Counted from the first letter of the whole stretch, positions 24,340-36,513 are shown. The stretch is DNA of 63,855 bases, filler included, from Octopus bimaculoides (GCF_001194135.2; 4 parts of 4 records of this genome joined end to end with filler, not necessarily neighbours in it); one strand, 5' to 3'. The notes: a model not told the origin generated them from the letters alone. Numbers and translations are program-made.

Positions 24340-24500
24340 GATGGGTTTCTTTCAGTTTCCGTCTATCAAATCCACTCACAAGACTTTGATCGGCCCGAGG
24401 CTAAAGTAGAAGACACTTGGCTAAATTGCCGCGCAGTGGGACTGAACCTGGAACCATGTGGTTGGGAAGCAAGCTTCTTACCACACAGCCACGCCTGCGT
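24050..24500 (-). mobile_element. SINE family A, full length, with gap in its central microsatellite
   Basis: Head gacgcaggcgtggctgtgtggtaagaagcttgcttcccaaccacatgg at the right end; 3' module at the left. Confidence 0.92.
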
Positions 24501-24776
24501 CTATATTTACATTAACTTAACATTGTTTCATCTTATTGCTATTATGTTACTATAGAATATATCTATACATTTAATAGCTAAATCTGTGTTACAATGAATT
24601 TGAACATTACCGCTATACAATGTGTTCATAGAGAAAGAGGGTATCTTGGAATTGCCTTCAGCAACTGTGTACCCTCCTTAACTACCCACGAATACGTTGC
24701 TTAAAATACTACAAATGTTAAGAGTTAAAGTAAACCGAATGAAGCAATTTTCATATTTAACTCTTTTCTTGGCATC

Positions 24777-24951
24777 GAGATTAAACATTAAATTACTATT
24801 GCGCTAAGTGTTTTGTTTTGAGATTACAATAAACTATAATTGTTATTTCCGCTCTGAGATTAAACATTAAATTACTATTGCGCTAACAGTGTAATGTTTT
24901 GAGATTACAATAAACTATAACTGTTATTTCCGCTCTATAATTGTTATTTTC
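24777..24951. repeat. ~80-bp tandem duplication (2 copies plus a partial third)
   Basis: gagattaaacattaaattactattgcgctaa...gagattacaataaactataa(t/c)tgttatttccgctct twice, then ataattgttattttc. Confidence 0.9.
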
Positions 24952-25910
24952 AGCCGAAAATAAGGTAAATTTTTCCGTAAATCCTTGCAAATTTGGATCT
25001 GTGCTTTGTCAAAAGTAGCGTATATGTTTTTACTAATAGATGAAGTGCACCCGGTGTGAACTACGTCTGCAACTTTAGACCCTTTCACTTTCATTGTGGT
25101 TGTCTTTAGGGAAAAGTATTAACCTTACAAACCTCCCATTTCTTCTTCATATTACATGTAAGCCGTTTTGTTTGTGAAAGAAAATACATTGATGATATTA
25201 TCTATTTAAAAATAATGAAATTATAATCAATTCCAATTAACCTAAAAGGACATCTACTGCACCATGTGAAATCATCTAAGTAAAAGTATATCAAGATTTC
25301 AAGGGTGATACATTATGGGATTTTAATTGTAGTGAAAGAACAAAGCAAACATCGATTAAGACGAGCGAAGCCTTCTATTAGCATAGAAAGAAAAACGAGG
25401 GAGAGAGGAGGTAAGAAATGGGGAGAGAAAATGTAATAAGTGAGGAGAGAGATGAAAGCGCAATTAACAGAAGCATATTGCATAAGCAATCAATACAATG
25501 TACACGAGTTGTTAATACAAGCTTCGTGATAAATGAATCCATAAATGGATCTGTATTGTCTGCTAATATTTCCAACATTTCTAAACACATAACGCTACTC
25601 ATTTAACCTTAATTGAATTCGAAATATTCAATGATATTGTATGTCTAATAGTTTAGTTTTGTAAACTACTAAGTAATCTTGAGAAGAAAGTAGTTTCTTA
25701 TTCATAAAAACACTGTGACAGGCCAATTACAGGATATTCATTGTTAGTTACTCTTTCATTAATTTCTTACGTAAGCGGAATGTCCTACCACACACACACA
25801 CATACATTCATACATACACACACACACACATACATACATACATACATACACACAGAGAAAAAGATGTAAATATAGAAACGGATATGCATATTAACATTTA
25901 GTAGCAATAT

Positions 25911-26002
25911 TGCTGCACAGAGTCGAAAGTCTTATTGGTATATCCCTTGAAACACGCCTAGTCGTACACGTATGCTCGTTCAGTACTTAGTGAAATATTG
26001 AA
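25911..26002 (+). repeat. Second copy of the 23805-23884 segment
   Basis: Same sequence with about 12 extra bases (gtatatcccttg); ends at an assembly gap. Confidence 0.9.
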
Positions 26003-26102
26003 NNNNNNNNNNNNNNNNNNNNNNNNNNNNNNNNNNNNNNNNNNNNTTAATTAATTAANNNNNNNNNNNNNNNNNNNNNNNNNNNNNNNNNNNNNNNNNN
26101 NN
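26003..26102. other. Assembly gap marker: 44 N + TTAATTAATTAA + 44 N
   Basis: Exactly 100 bp; the palindromic 12-mer puts TAA in all six frames. Identical structure at 40293 and 62697. Confidence 0.95.
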
Positions 26103-26147
<45 letters not shown>

Positions 26148-26419
26148 GTGTATGTATGTATGTATGTATGCATGTGTGTATGTATGTACAAAGTATGGGG
26201 GTATACTTTTTCCTTCTCTCTTTCCATCTCTATACCATTCTCATTTTCCATATTTTTCTCTAGTTTGTCTCTGATAACGGAACATCCTATACTCGGCGAT
26301 ATCTCAGAAACAGCTGTAAGATTTTGAATTTCTTCCTATAATAATATTGTATATCACTTGAGATGTTTGATGTCCTGTTTAACAATTATATATATGTATG
26401 TATATATACATACATATAC

Positions 26420-26660
26420 TCTTTTACTCTTTTACTTGTTTCAGTCTTTTGACTGTGGCCATGCTGGAGCACCACCTTTAGTCGAGCAAATCGACCCCAG
26501 GACTTATTCTTTAGAAGCCTAGTACTTATTCTATCGGTCTCTTTTGCCGAACCGCTAAGTTACGGGGACGTAAACACACCAGCATCGGTTGTCAAGTGAT
26601 GTTGGGGGGACAAACACAGACACACAAACATACACACACACACACATATATATATATATA
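26420..26660 (-). mobile_element. SINE family A, 3' half (low divergence)
   Basis: cttttacttgtttcagtc...ccatgctggagcaccacc...gtacttattctatcggtctcttttgccgaaccgctaagttacggggacgtaaacacacc. Confidence 0.92.
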
Positions 26661-26789
26661 TGTGTGTTTTTTTATATTATTAATAAATTCATGAAATTAT
26701 CAATAATATTCGCAGGAAATCAATATTTAATATTTCGAAAGATATATATCCAATATGACATGGTAATATAATATATTTATCAGAATTAC

Positions 26790-27976
26790 ATAAAAATATC
26801 TTGAAATATTAAAGAGTAAATTCATTCAATAAAATCGCCATTGGCTTCAACCACGGCCTCCAGGCGACTTCGGAATCTCTTGGAACTTTTCTGGACGGCC
26901 TTCTTGTTTAAGTTGGTAAATTCTGCCATAATCCTTGCCTTCAGTTCATCTTTGGTGTTACAAGAAGTTTTGTTGATCTCTCACTCAACTGTGCCCTATA
27001 CATAATAATCAAGGGCTTTCAGTCTGGGGAGTTGGGTGGTCAGATGTTAGGGGTGATGTGCTCGCAGAAATTGTCTGACAGCCATGACTGGGTACTCCTG
27101 CTTGTGTGTCATGGTGCAGAGTCCGGTTGCTAGACATAGGGTTTTCCAGCAGCCACCCTCTTGACCCATGGCAGCACTAGCTCTTTCATGTACTTGATAT
27201 CGGCCTCCGTGTTGAGTCTAAGTCCGTGTGGAAGATAAATGGAGGCATAATGTCGCCATCACTAGTGATCACCTCAAACACCATGGTGTTGATTGGATGT
27301 TTGATTTTTATTACTCTCAGTAAATGTTTTGGGGACACGGCAAGTCAGCGGTTGTTCTGTGTGTTCATCATCTGACCCTAGCAGAAATTTTTCTCATCTG
27401 AGAAAAACCAAATCACGTTCGACTGGAGGGGATGCTTGAGTTTGTTCATAAGCTTCGTAGTGCGCTCTTTTCTCTTGTCCTTGATGGCTTTGGATAAAAA
27501 TTGGCCCTTTCTCATCTTGTATGAGGAATATCAAATGTCTTCATGCACTACCTGGCGATGGACCTGATTGACTTGGAGGGATCGTTGTGAATCATGACCC
27601 GGATCTCACTAACAAATTCAAGAGTTATTTTCTTATCAGTACGATCAGAGTGAGTTTTCCAAGCTTCCGTACCTTCGTAATCAGCATTAGATTCATCCAA
27701 CTCTTTCCGAACCCTTTGCACTGTCTTCAAATTGATACCCAAACACTCTGAAATGTTCGTATTGGAGCTTCTGGCGTGAATACCAAGCAGTCCAACATGT
27801 CGTTTCCAAATTTCTGGCAGAGTGAATTGCGTCATGGTGTTGTTTTTCTCACACCAGACGGTGCTCAACTGACCCTACTATACTGTGTAGTCAACGAAAT
27901 CAAAAATCAAAAACATACAATGCACATGCGCGAAATTAAAACTATAAAATGGTGACAATTTACCCATCGCACGCTG
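26790..27976 (-). mobile_element. Decayed maT (DD37D)-type Tc1/mariner transposon
   Basis: 5' end TA|cagcgtgcgatgggtaaattgtcacc. N-terminal ORF 27548-27868. Catalytic motifs FFSDEKNF, QPDSAP*H and PPNSPD*KP(L)DYY, with 37 residues between D2 and D3 after a 1-bp correction. C-terminus RLEAVVEANGDFIE*. The other TIR was not found. Confidence 0.85.
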
Positions 27977-27981
27977 TATAT

Positions 27982-28028
<47 letters not shown>

Positions 28029-28191
28029 CTCATATGTATATAATCTCAAATATATATACATATATTAATACACACAGCTAGAATATGCATACGCATATAT
28101 AAGTAGATACCCATCAAATTGGGTATCTACGCACACATGTATAATGATATACCCGTCTCTAATATATAAACAAATATAGATCTGTAGCACG

Positions 28192-28241
<50 letters not shown>

Positions 28242-28344
28242 CACACACACATATGTATATAATTTTATCTACATCTAAAATATACACAAAACAACGAGTA
28301 CTGGAGATCCTTAATGACTTTTTGATGCCCTGCTCTCTCACCCC

Positions 28345-28397
<53 letters not shown>

Positions 28398-28509
28398 TTA
28401 TATCTCAGCTGGTTTCAGTTATCCTTATTACTACATGTTGATAGGTCACGTGATGTTTATGATGGAAAACTGCCAATAATAAATATATAAAAGAAAATAT
28501 ATAAATATA

Positions 28510-28581
28510 CCTTCAGTAGTATTGTGGCAAGAATCTCTGCTGGTTGCGTGAGAGAGCGGGGTTCGATTCCCAGCCAGGAGG
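28510..28581 (+). pseudogene. tRNA-Asp-like pseudogene / orphan SINE head
   Basis: About 50/72 ungapped identity to the metazoan tRNA-Asp(GUC) sequence as recalled from memory. A-box tagtattgtgg, intact B-box ggttcgattcc; anticodon and acceptor stems are broken. Confidence 0.55.
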
Positions 28582-28591
28582 CAATTATTTA

Positions 28592-28757
28592 GGCGCAGGT
28601 GTGGCTGTGTGCTTAAGAAAATCGCTTTGCGCGTATACGATTTCGGGTTCAGTGCGATTGTGCGACAACTTGGGCGAGTGTATTCTACTATCGCTCCAGG
28701 TTGATCAAAATCTTGTGAGTGCATTTGGTGGATGGAAACTGTGTGGAAGCCTGCTGC

Positions 28758-28788
<31 letters not shown>

Positions 28789-28985
28789 TGTATGTATATA
28801 TGTGTCTGTTTGTCCGCCTCAACGCTTGAAAATCAGTGTTGGTTTGTTGACGTCTTCGTATCTTAGCGGTTCGGTAATAGATGTCGATGGAATAATTGCT
28901 AGACTTACAAAATATGTACTCAAGGTAGTACTCCAGCATGGCCGCAGTCCAGCGACTGAAATTAATAAAAGACAAAAGACAAATT
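28592..28985 (+). mobile_element. SINE family A, full length, diverged
   Basis: ggcgcaggtgtggctgtgtg head, central (TATG)n, ccagcatggccgcagtcc...aaaagacaaaagac tail. Confidence 0.88.
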
Positions 28986-29104
28986 AAGTAACACAGACGA
29001 AAAGAAAACATAAAGTGGATAAAGCTATTCCTAATTGAGATATGAAGACAATTAGGAGAGTTTGTGATGGACATGCCTTTCTAAAAGGCATTAATCGTGA
29101 AAGA

Positions 29105-29335
29105 TGGTAGAGGTAGTAGTAGTGGTGGTGGTGTCAGCAATAGGGGTAGAGGTAGTGGTAACGGTATTGGTGGCAGTGCCGGCGGTAGTGTTGGTGGTGG
29201 TGGTGGTGGTGGTGGTGGTGGTGGTGGTTGTGGAGGTGGTGGTGGTGGTGGTGGTGGTTGGGGTTGTTGTTGTTGGTGGTGGTCGTCGTCGTCGTGGTTG
29301 CAATGGTGTTGGTGGTAGTGTTGGTTGACACAAAG
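29105..29335. repeat. Compound (GGT/AGT/GTT)n microsatellite
   Basis: Direct inspection; source of the poly-G, poly-V, poly-T and poly-H ORFs. Confidence 0.95.
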
Positions 29336-29392
29336 TTAAAGGCGTTCGATTAGAGCTATGATCAAAAACGTTCCAGCCGTGACTATCCATAT
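29336..29392 (-). mobile_element. Retroposon family F 3' end
   Basis: Revcomp ggatagtcacggctggaacgtttttgatcatagc... resembles the 3' part of the 18480-18728 copy and runs into the trinucleotide tract. Confidence 0.4.
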
Positions 29393-29479
29393 CAAGAAAG
29401 CACCAGCACCAGCACCAGCACCAGTACCTCTGAACATGTTCGTTACTCGAACAGCGCCCTCACATTCACTCCAGCTACT

Positions 29480-29690
29480 GAGTTTACTATCATAAAAGAT
29501 CTCTGCAGGTGAAAGCACATCCTTATCATGGTTACGGCCCCATCCCAAAGACAGCCCCGTCTCTTCAGGGTCGAGAAATATTTCACTCACCAACAGCTGT
29601 TGACACTCTGCAAGACTGGAGTGAAGCTCACAATGGAGTACTACAGCCACATCTAGGACGGTGCTGCCACTACATTGCATCTAAGAGCTG
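29480..29690 (+). mobile_element. CR1/L2-like RT fragment
   Basis: LFRVEKYFTHQQLLTLCKTGVKLTMEYYSHI*DGA matches the CR1-group pattern LFRxRKYFTxxQLLTLYKxxxRPxMEYCSHIWDGA. Confidence 0.75.
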
Positions 29691-30394
29691 TCTCCTCACT
29701 CTGTGTTTCTTTCTTTCTATTGATAGTGTAATGGCCCCTGTTCCTCGGGCCAGGCTGGGCCTCTACCTCCACTAATCAGGCATCCCTTCCCCCACACACC
29801 TTTCTACATCTCGTCACTCTTGGTACGTTCAACATCTTCAGTTTCCCTACGCACACACACTCACACACACACACACACACACACACATGCACACACAGCC
29901 CTTTCTCCACTGAATATCATCCCTCTGGAATCTTCTCCTTAATCATATCTTTCCTGTAGATGTTTCCCTACAAGAGTTAGAATATCAATCTCCCCTGTCC
30001 TTCGAGATTCTCCAATGGTCGAGGTCCTGTTCTCTTCCCCTAAACCAACCAAAAAAAAAACAAAAAGAAAACAAAAAACAAAACAGAATTAAAACACTGG
30101 ACACTAATCCTAACACAAGTAAATACTTAGCTTCGATATCAAGACGCGGCGAAAATAAAAAGTAAATGTAACCTTAAATAAAGGGTACATTTATAATAAA
30201 TAAACACACATACACTCTCTCACTCTCTCTCCCTCACTCTTACTCCCCCCCCCTCTATCTCTCTCTCTCTCTCTCTTTCCCTCTAATCTTTCTCACTCAC
30301 TCGCTTATTTACTCTTTTCTATCCAAACACATGCTGTACAGACAGTATGTTTTCATTCGTCATAACAGACTTGTTGCCCAATAAATTTCGATCT

Positions 30395-30904
30395 ATGTTC
30401 AGGCACGGTTGTGTGTTTAAGAAACTCGTTTTGCAGCCATGTGAGTGGACTTGGTGGCCGAAAACTGTGTGGAATCTGTCATATATATATNNNNNNNNNN
30501 NNNNNNNNNNNNNNNNNNNNNNNNNNNNNNNNNNNNNNNNNNNNNNNNNNNNNNNNNNNNNNNNNNNNNNNNNNNNNNNNNNNNNNNNNNNNNNNNNNNN
30601 NNNNNNNNNNNNNNNNNNNNNNNNNNNNNNNNNNNNNNNNNNNNNNNNNNNNNNNNNNNNNNNNNNNNNNNNNNNNNNNNNNNNNNNNNNNNNNNNNNNN
30701 NNNNNNNNNNNNNNNNNNNNNNNNNNNNNNNNNNNNNNNNNNNNNNNNNNNNNNNNNNNNNNNNNNNNNNNNNNNNNNNNNNNNNNNNNNNNNNNNNNNN
30801 NNNNNNNNNNNNNNNNNNNNNNNNNNNNNNNNNNNNNNNNNNNNNNNNNNNNNNNNNNNNNNNNNNNNNNNNNNNNNNNNNNNNNNNNNNNNNNNNNNNN
30901 NNNN

Positions 30905-30941
<37 letters not shown>

Positions 30942-31268
30942 CAGAGAAAGAGAGAGAGAGAAAGAGAGAAAGAGAGAGAGAGAAAGAAAGAGAATGAGGG
31001 AGAAAGAAAGAGAGAGAGAAAGAAAGAGAGAGAGAGAGAGAGAGAAAGAGAGAGGGTGGATGTTTGTGCTTGTGTTTATCTCCTACCCACACTTGACAGC
31101 TAGTGTTTGTTTATGTTCCCTGTAACATAGCTGCTCGACAAATGAAACTGACAAAGTGCCAGATTTACAAATAAGTACCAGTATTGATTTGTTCGACTAA
31201 GACTCTTCAAGGTTGTACCCCAGTATGGCCGCTGTTCCAATGACTGAAACAATTGAAAAATAAAAGAT
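30395..31268 (+). mobile_element. SINE family A spanning a gap and an expanded (GA)n tract
   Basis: 5' remnant 30395-30490 (aaaactgtgtggaatctgtcatatata) and 3' half 31060-31268 (ccccagtatggccgctg...gactgaaacaattgaaaaataaaag). Joining the halves across the gap is inferred. Confidence 0.55.
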
Positions 31269-31625
31269 CTGATGTTCTACAGCAGAGCACAACCACGACA
31301 GGAAACACTATCAAACACGCCAGTATCTGACTGTTTGTTATTACATTTAATATTGAGGGCGGTAACGAGGTTAGCAACGAACTTGGTTATCCCCTGTATA
31401 CCACTGAACGAGGCTGGTTACCTTGTTAGGAAGAGAAACTTCCAGCAACGTTCAGTGGTGGGAGATAAGGCAAGTAACCCCAGGAGACGTTGGCAAATAA
31501 TTCTCAATGAAGCAGTAATGAATGAGGCAGGTAATCTACAAAGGTTTCGTGCCCTACCTTCCGACACTAAAGTGCGCCCTCCCGCACGTGTGCACGTGCA
31601 TATTCAAAAACGCACATACACATCG

Positions 31626-31656
<31 letters not shown>

Positions 31657-31736
31657 GTGCGTACATACATACATTCATACAAACATTCGTACATAAATAA
31701 GTGCATACGTAGGTGTCTACGTGTCTGTACGTACAT

Positions 31737-31793
<57 letters not shown>

Positions 31794-32904
31794 CAACGCA
31801 AACAAACTGAATCAGATTTGAGTATAAAGCTCGGAAACTCGTACAGGAAAACACAGGTGTAGAAAAAAATATACACCCACACATAAGGTCGGTGGAAGAA
31901 GAAAAAAAATGCAAAATAACAGATGCATTAATTACATATAAGCACATACATATGAATNNNNNNNNNNNNNNNNNNNNNNNNNNNNNNNNNNNNNNNNNNN
32001 NNNNNNNNNNNNNNNNNNNNNNNNNNNNNNNNNNNNNNNNNNNNNNNNNNNNNNNNNNNNNNNNNNNNNNNNNNNNNNNNNNNNNNNNNNNNNNNNNNNN
32101 NNNNNNNNNNNNNNNNNNNNNNNNNNNNNNNNNNNNNNNNNNNNNNNNNNNNNNNNNNNNNNNNNNNNNNNNNNNNNNNNNNNNNNNNNNNNNNNNNNNN
32201 NNNNNNNNNNNNNNNNNNNNNNNNNNNNNNNNNNNNNNNNNNNNNNNNNNNNNNNNNNNNNNNNNNNNNNNNNNNNNNNNNNNNNNNNNNNNNNNNNNNN
32301 NNNNNNNNNNNNNNNNNNNNNNNNNNNNNNNNNNNNNNNNNNNNNNNNNNNNNNNNNNNNNNNNNNNNNNNNNNNNNNNNNNNNNNNNNNNNNNNNNNNN
32401 NNNNNNNNNNNNNNNNNNNNNNNNNNNNNNNNNNNNNNNNNNNNNNNNNNNNNNNNNNNNNNNNNNNNNNNNNNNNNNNNNNNNNNNNNNNNNNNNNNNN
32501 NNNNNNNNNNNNNNNNNNNNNNNNNNNNNNNNNNNNNNNNNNNNNNNNNNNNNNNNNNNNNNNNNNNNNNNNNNNNNNNNNNNNNNNNNNNNNNNNNNNN
32601 NNNNNNNNNNNNNNNNNNNNNNNNNNNNNNNNNNNNNNNNNNNNNNNNNNNNNNNNNNNNNNNNNNNNNNNNNNNNNNNNNNNNNNNNNNNNNNNNNNNN
32701 NNNNNNNNNNNNNNNNNNNNNNNNNNNNNNNNNNNNNNNNNNNNNNNNNNNNNNNNNNNNNNNNNNNNNNNNNNNNNNAATGATACCTGAAGATGAGACA
32801 TGTTGATCAATCGCATGTCTAAAAGCTATTCTCTGGACGCTTTTCTCTTCCCACTTGCCTGGCTACTTGGTATCATCCGTTATCAACCCCTTAAAAGCAA
32901 ACAT

Positions 32905-33337
32905 GTGGAGGCGCAATGGCCCAGTGGTTAGGGCAACGGACGCGCAGTCGTGGGTTCGCAGTTTCGATTCCCAGACCGGGCGTTGTGAATGTTTATTGAA
33001 CGAAAACATTCAAAGCTCCACGAGGTTTCGGCAGAGGGTGGTGGCAAACCCTCCTGTACTCTTTCACCACAACTTCCTCTCACTCTTTCTTCCTGTTTCT
33101 GTTGTACCTGTATTTTGAAGGGCCAACCTTGTCACACACTGTGTCACGCTGAATCTCCCCGAGAACTACGTCAAGGGTACACGTGTCTGTGGAGTGCTCA
33201 GCCACTTACGCGTTAATTTCATGAGCAGGCTGNNNNNNNNNNGGAGTGCTCAGCCACTTACGCGTTAATTTCATGAGCAGGCTGTTCCGTTGATCGGATC
33301 AACTGCAACCCTCGTCGTCGTAACCGACGGAGTGCCA
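32905..33337 (+). mobile_element. SINE family C, full length (tRNA-derived head)
   Basis: gtggaggcgcaatggcccagtggttaggg (A-box), gtttcgattccc (B-box), ending cgtaaccgacggagtgcca. A second copy lies at 40830-41127. Confidence 0.9.
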
Positions 33338-33639
33338 CGTAAAAGTAAACATGCACACACTACACCCACACAGACACCAGCACATACATGCATGCATGTG
33401 CGGCACTCCCTCACAGATACGCATACACACACAAACACACACATATACGTATATACACATACTCACAATGCCGTTGGAAAAGTGCTTCCAGCATTCCAGA
33501 GAAAGGTCTTTTTGATTTTTTAAATATTTTATTCATTTTTTCTCTAAATTTTCCCCTTAAATGTGGCCTACAACGAGCGTAGCATAATGAAGGTCCACTC
33601 TAGTTTTCACAGGCCACAGTAAAGAGCTAATGTTTACCC

Positions 33640-34070
33640 CAATTAACCGAACCCATCCCGGACCTGCACGGTCGTTATACTGACGACTGCGTCGGCGCCA
33701 CCACCCTTCCCACGCATTTGCTCAGTAACTTCATTTCTTTCGCTGACCCCTTTCCCTTTGCCTTGGAATTTACCTTAACCGTATTGAATATCGTCGTTTT
33801 TCTCTCGATTACTCCCTTACTCTAAAAAACAATCTCTACCTGTACACTTCCATCCACTACAAGCCTTCTGGTCCCCACTCCTATGTCTATAACTCTTCTT
33901 TCGTCCCAAACACACTAAATCTGCTCTGCTATTCTCCCAATTCGTTCCTTTTCGATGACTGTAGTGTTGATTTGGATTAGGAATCCCAATGTGGAAGAAT
34001 GTAATAATTCTTCCTGAGTCGAGAGCATCCTCGATCTGTTGTAGATTCTGCACTACGGTAAACCCAGGCC
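33640..34070 (+). mobile_element. Penelope-like retroelement RT fragment
   Basis: GRYTDDCVGAT (RYIDD catalytic motif)...ALEFT...SIHYKPSGPHSYV...HTKSALLFSQF, the characteristic PLE RT/thumb pattern; frameshifted. Confidence 0.75.
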
Positions 34071-34125
34071 ATCAGCCACGCCACCACTCTTCTATCCTCT
34101 TTACGCATACATGCAGTCCATATTC

Positions 34126-34181
<56 letters not shown>

Positions 34182-34714
34182 NNNNNNNNNNNNNNNNNNN
34201 NNNNNNNNNNNNNNNNNNNNNNNNNNNNNNNNNNNNNNNNNNNNNNNNNNNNNNNNNNNNNNNNNNNNNNNNNNNNNNNNNNNNNNNNNNNNNNNNNNNN
34301 NNNNNNNNNNNNNNNNNNNNNNNNNNNNNNNNNNNNNNNNNNNNNNNNNNNNNNNNNNNNNNNNNNNNNNNNNNNNNNNNNNNNNNNNNNNNNNNNNNNN
34401 NNNNNNNNNNNNNNNNNNNNNNNNNNNNNNNNNNNNNNNNNNNNNNNNNNNNNNNNNNNNNNNNNNNNNNNNNNNNNNNNNNNNNNNNNNNNNNNNNNNN
34501 NNNNNNNNNNNNNNNNNNNNNNNNNNNNNNNNNNNNNNNNNNNNNNNNNNNNNNNNNNNNNNNNNNNNNNNNNNNNNNNNNNNNNNNNNNNNNNNNNNNN
34601 NNNNNNNNNNNNNNNNNNNNNNNNNNNNNNNNNNNNNNNNNNNNNNNNNNNNNNNNNNNNNNNNNNNNNNNNNNNNNNNNNNNNNNNNNNNNNNNNNNNN
34701 NNNNNNATATATAC

Positions 34715-35435
34715 TCAATATCTTTTCTTCTTAGGGTCTACTTTTAGGAATTCGGTGTTCTTCCTTTTCCTTGCACGTGTGGTTTCGACCTCTTGTAACG
34801 GTGCTGTAACCTGAAAAGTGTCATATACCCAATCCATCAGTATTTCTACTCTCGTTGGTTCCTTTTCTATGACTCTTTCCTTAAGCTGATTTCTATGTCT
34901 CCTTTCCATTCCATTTCTGCTTCTTACACCATGCACCATTTTTCCTATGTATGTTACAATTTCTCCTTCTTCCCAGTATTGCTTGCCATTTTAGTATATT
35001 CTTACATATACCTTATCCCCGATTCTGAAGAATTTGGGCATGTCTTTACTAGCACGTATTTTTTTCTTCACTGGTAACAGTTGATCGAATACTGACTTCA
35101 CCTTTCTGGCAAACATTAATTCTGCTGGTGAACTTTCTTCTGGTGCATTTGGGTTCGGAGTTACCCTGTCTACCCTTAAGAATTATTGGATCGCGACTTC
35201 GTCCGTTGCTTCCTTTAAAACTTTCTTTAAAGCTTTCTTAAAAGTATCCACGAACCATTCGGCCCTTCTATTCGATCTAAGGTGATACGGTGCTGTAGTT
35301 TTATGTTTTAACGTGAAAATCTCGCGCAATCCTTTAAACTCACAAGATACAAACTGTGTTCGTTATCAGAGACAATTATATCCGGTACATCAAATCTTGC
35401 GAATAGCTCGTGTAAGAAGTTTATTGCCATATATG
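34715..35435 (-). mobile_element. Ty3/gypsy LTR-retrotransposon integrase fragment (D35E core plus C-terminal domain)
   Basis: FLHELFARFDVPDIIVSDN...EFK...TAPYHLRSNRRAEWFVDTFKK...SPAELMFARK...FRIGDKVYVR...RHRNQL. There are 35 residues between D and E after a 1-bp correction. No LTR seen. Confidence 0.9.
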
Positions 35436-35963
35436 GTAATCATTACATTACATCAATTGAAATGCAGAGCAATCTTCAGCTGCACAAACACATAGAATTT
35501 CATTAAATTAAAACAGATGAACACATTAGTATAATTATACCTTAAATCTCCAAGACGTTAAGGAGATAGACAAAGAACATGCTGTCTTCACGCCAGCATA
35601 GAAGCTACTATAGTTTCAAGATGTACATTGTTACAGACTCTGCCTGGGGTCAGTTTTAATTTATAGACTAGTTTATCAAATCCTTGTATATCTAAGGCTG
35701 AGTGAACAAAGGGTCAGGGTTGAGGGAGCAGATATAAAAACTAAAAATCAGTGACAGGCAGAGTCTGTAACAATGTACATCTTCTTGATACCTTAGTAGC
35801 TTCTATGCTGGAGTGAAGACAGCATGTTCTTTGTCTATCTCCTTAACTTCTTGGAGATTTTAGGTATAATTATACTAATGTGTCCATTTATTTTAATTTA
35901 ATTAAATTCTATGTCTTTGTGCAGCTGAAGATTGCTCTGCATTTAAATTGATGTAATGATTGC
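35436..35963. mobile_element. Foldback/MITE with ~200-bp terminal inverted repeats
   Basis: 35446-35646 and 35755-35958 are near-perfect reverse complements (aaatgcagagcaatcttcagctgcacaaa...ggagatagacaaagaacatgctgtcttcac...gatgtacattgttacagactctgcctg), with a ~108-bp spacer. Confidence 0.92.
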
Positions 35964-36044
35964 ATTGTTAAGTTAAATGGAGTTGCATGCAACGATCGTA
36001 CTGCATTACCTCTGGATATCCTTGTTGCCTATTTTGATCTGACA

Positions 36045-36075
<31 letters not shown>

Positions 36076-36477
36076 NNNNNNNNNNNNNNNNNNNNNNNNN
36101 NNNNNNNNNNNNNNNNNNNNNNNNNNNNNNNNNNNNNNNNNNNNNNNNNNNNNNNNNNNNNNNNNNNNNNNNNNNNNNNNNNNNNNNNNNNNNNNNNNNN
36201 NNNNNNNNNNNNNNNNNNNNNNNNNNNNNNNNNNNNNNNNNNNNNNNNNNNNNNNNNNNNNNNNNNNNNNNNNNNNNNNNNNNNNNNNNNNNNNNNNNNN
36301 NNNNNNNNNNNNNNNNNNNNNNNNNNNNNNNNNNNNNNNNNNNNNNNNNNNNNNNNNNNNNNNNNNNNNNNNNNNNNNNNNNNNNNNNNNNNNNNNNNNN
36401 NNNNNNNNNNNNNNNNNNNNNNNNNNNNNNNNNNNNNNNNNNNNNNNNNNNNNNNNNNNNNNNNNNNNNNNNNNNNN

Positions 36478-36489
<12 letters not shown>

Positions 36490-36513
<24 letters not shown>

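Noticed and set aside
26047-26058. Identical 12-mer recurring with fixed-length flanks (superficially array- or CRISPR-like)
   Set aside because: The flanks are Ns of fixed length; it is an assembly linker, with no spacers or cas genes in a eukaryotic context.
33191-33284. 42-bp direct repeat around a 10-N gap inside SINE C
   Set aside because: Typical unmerged contig overlap (negative gap).
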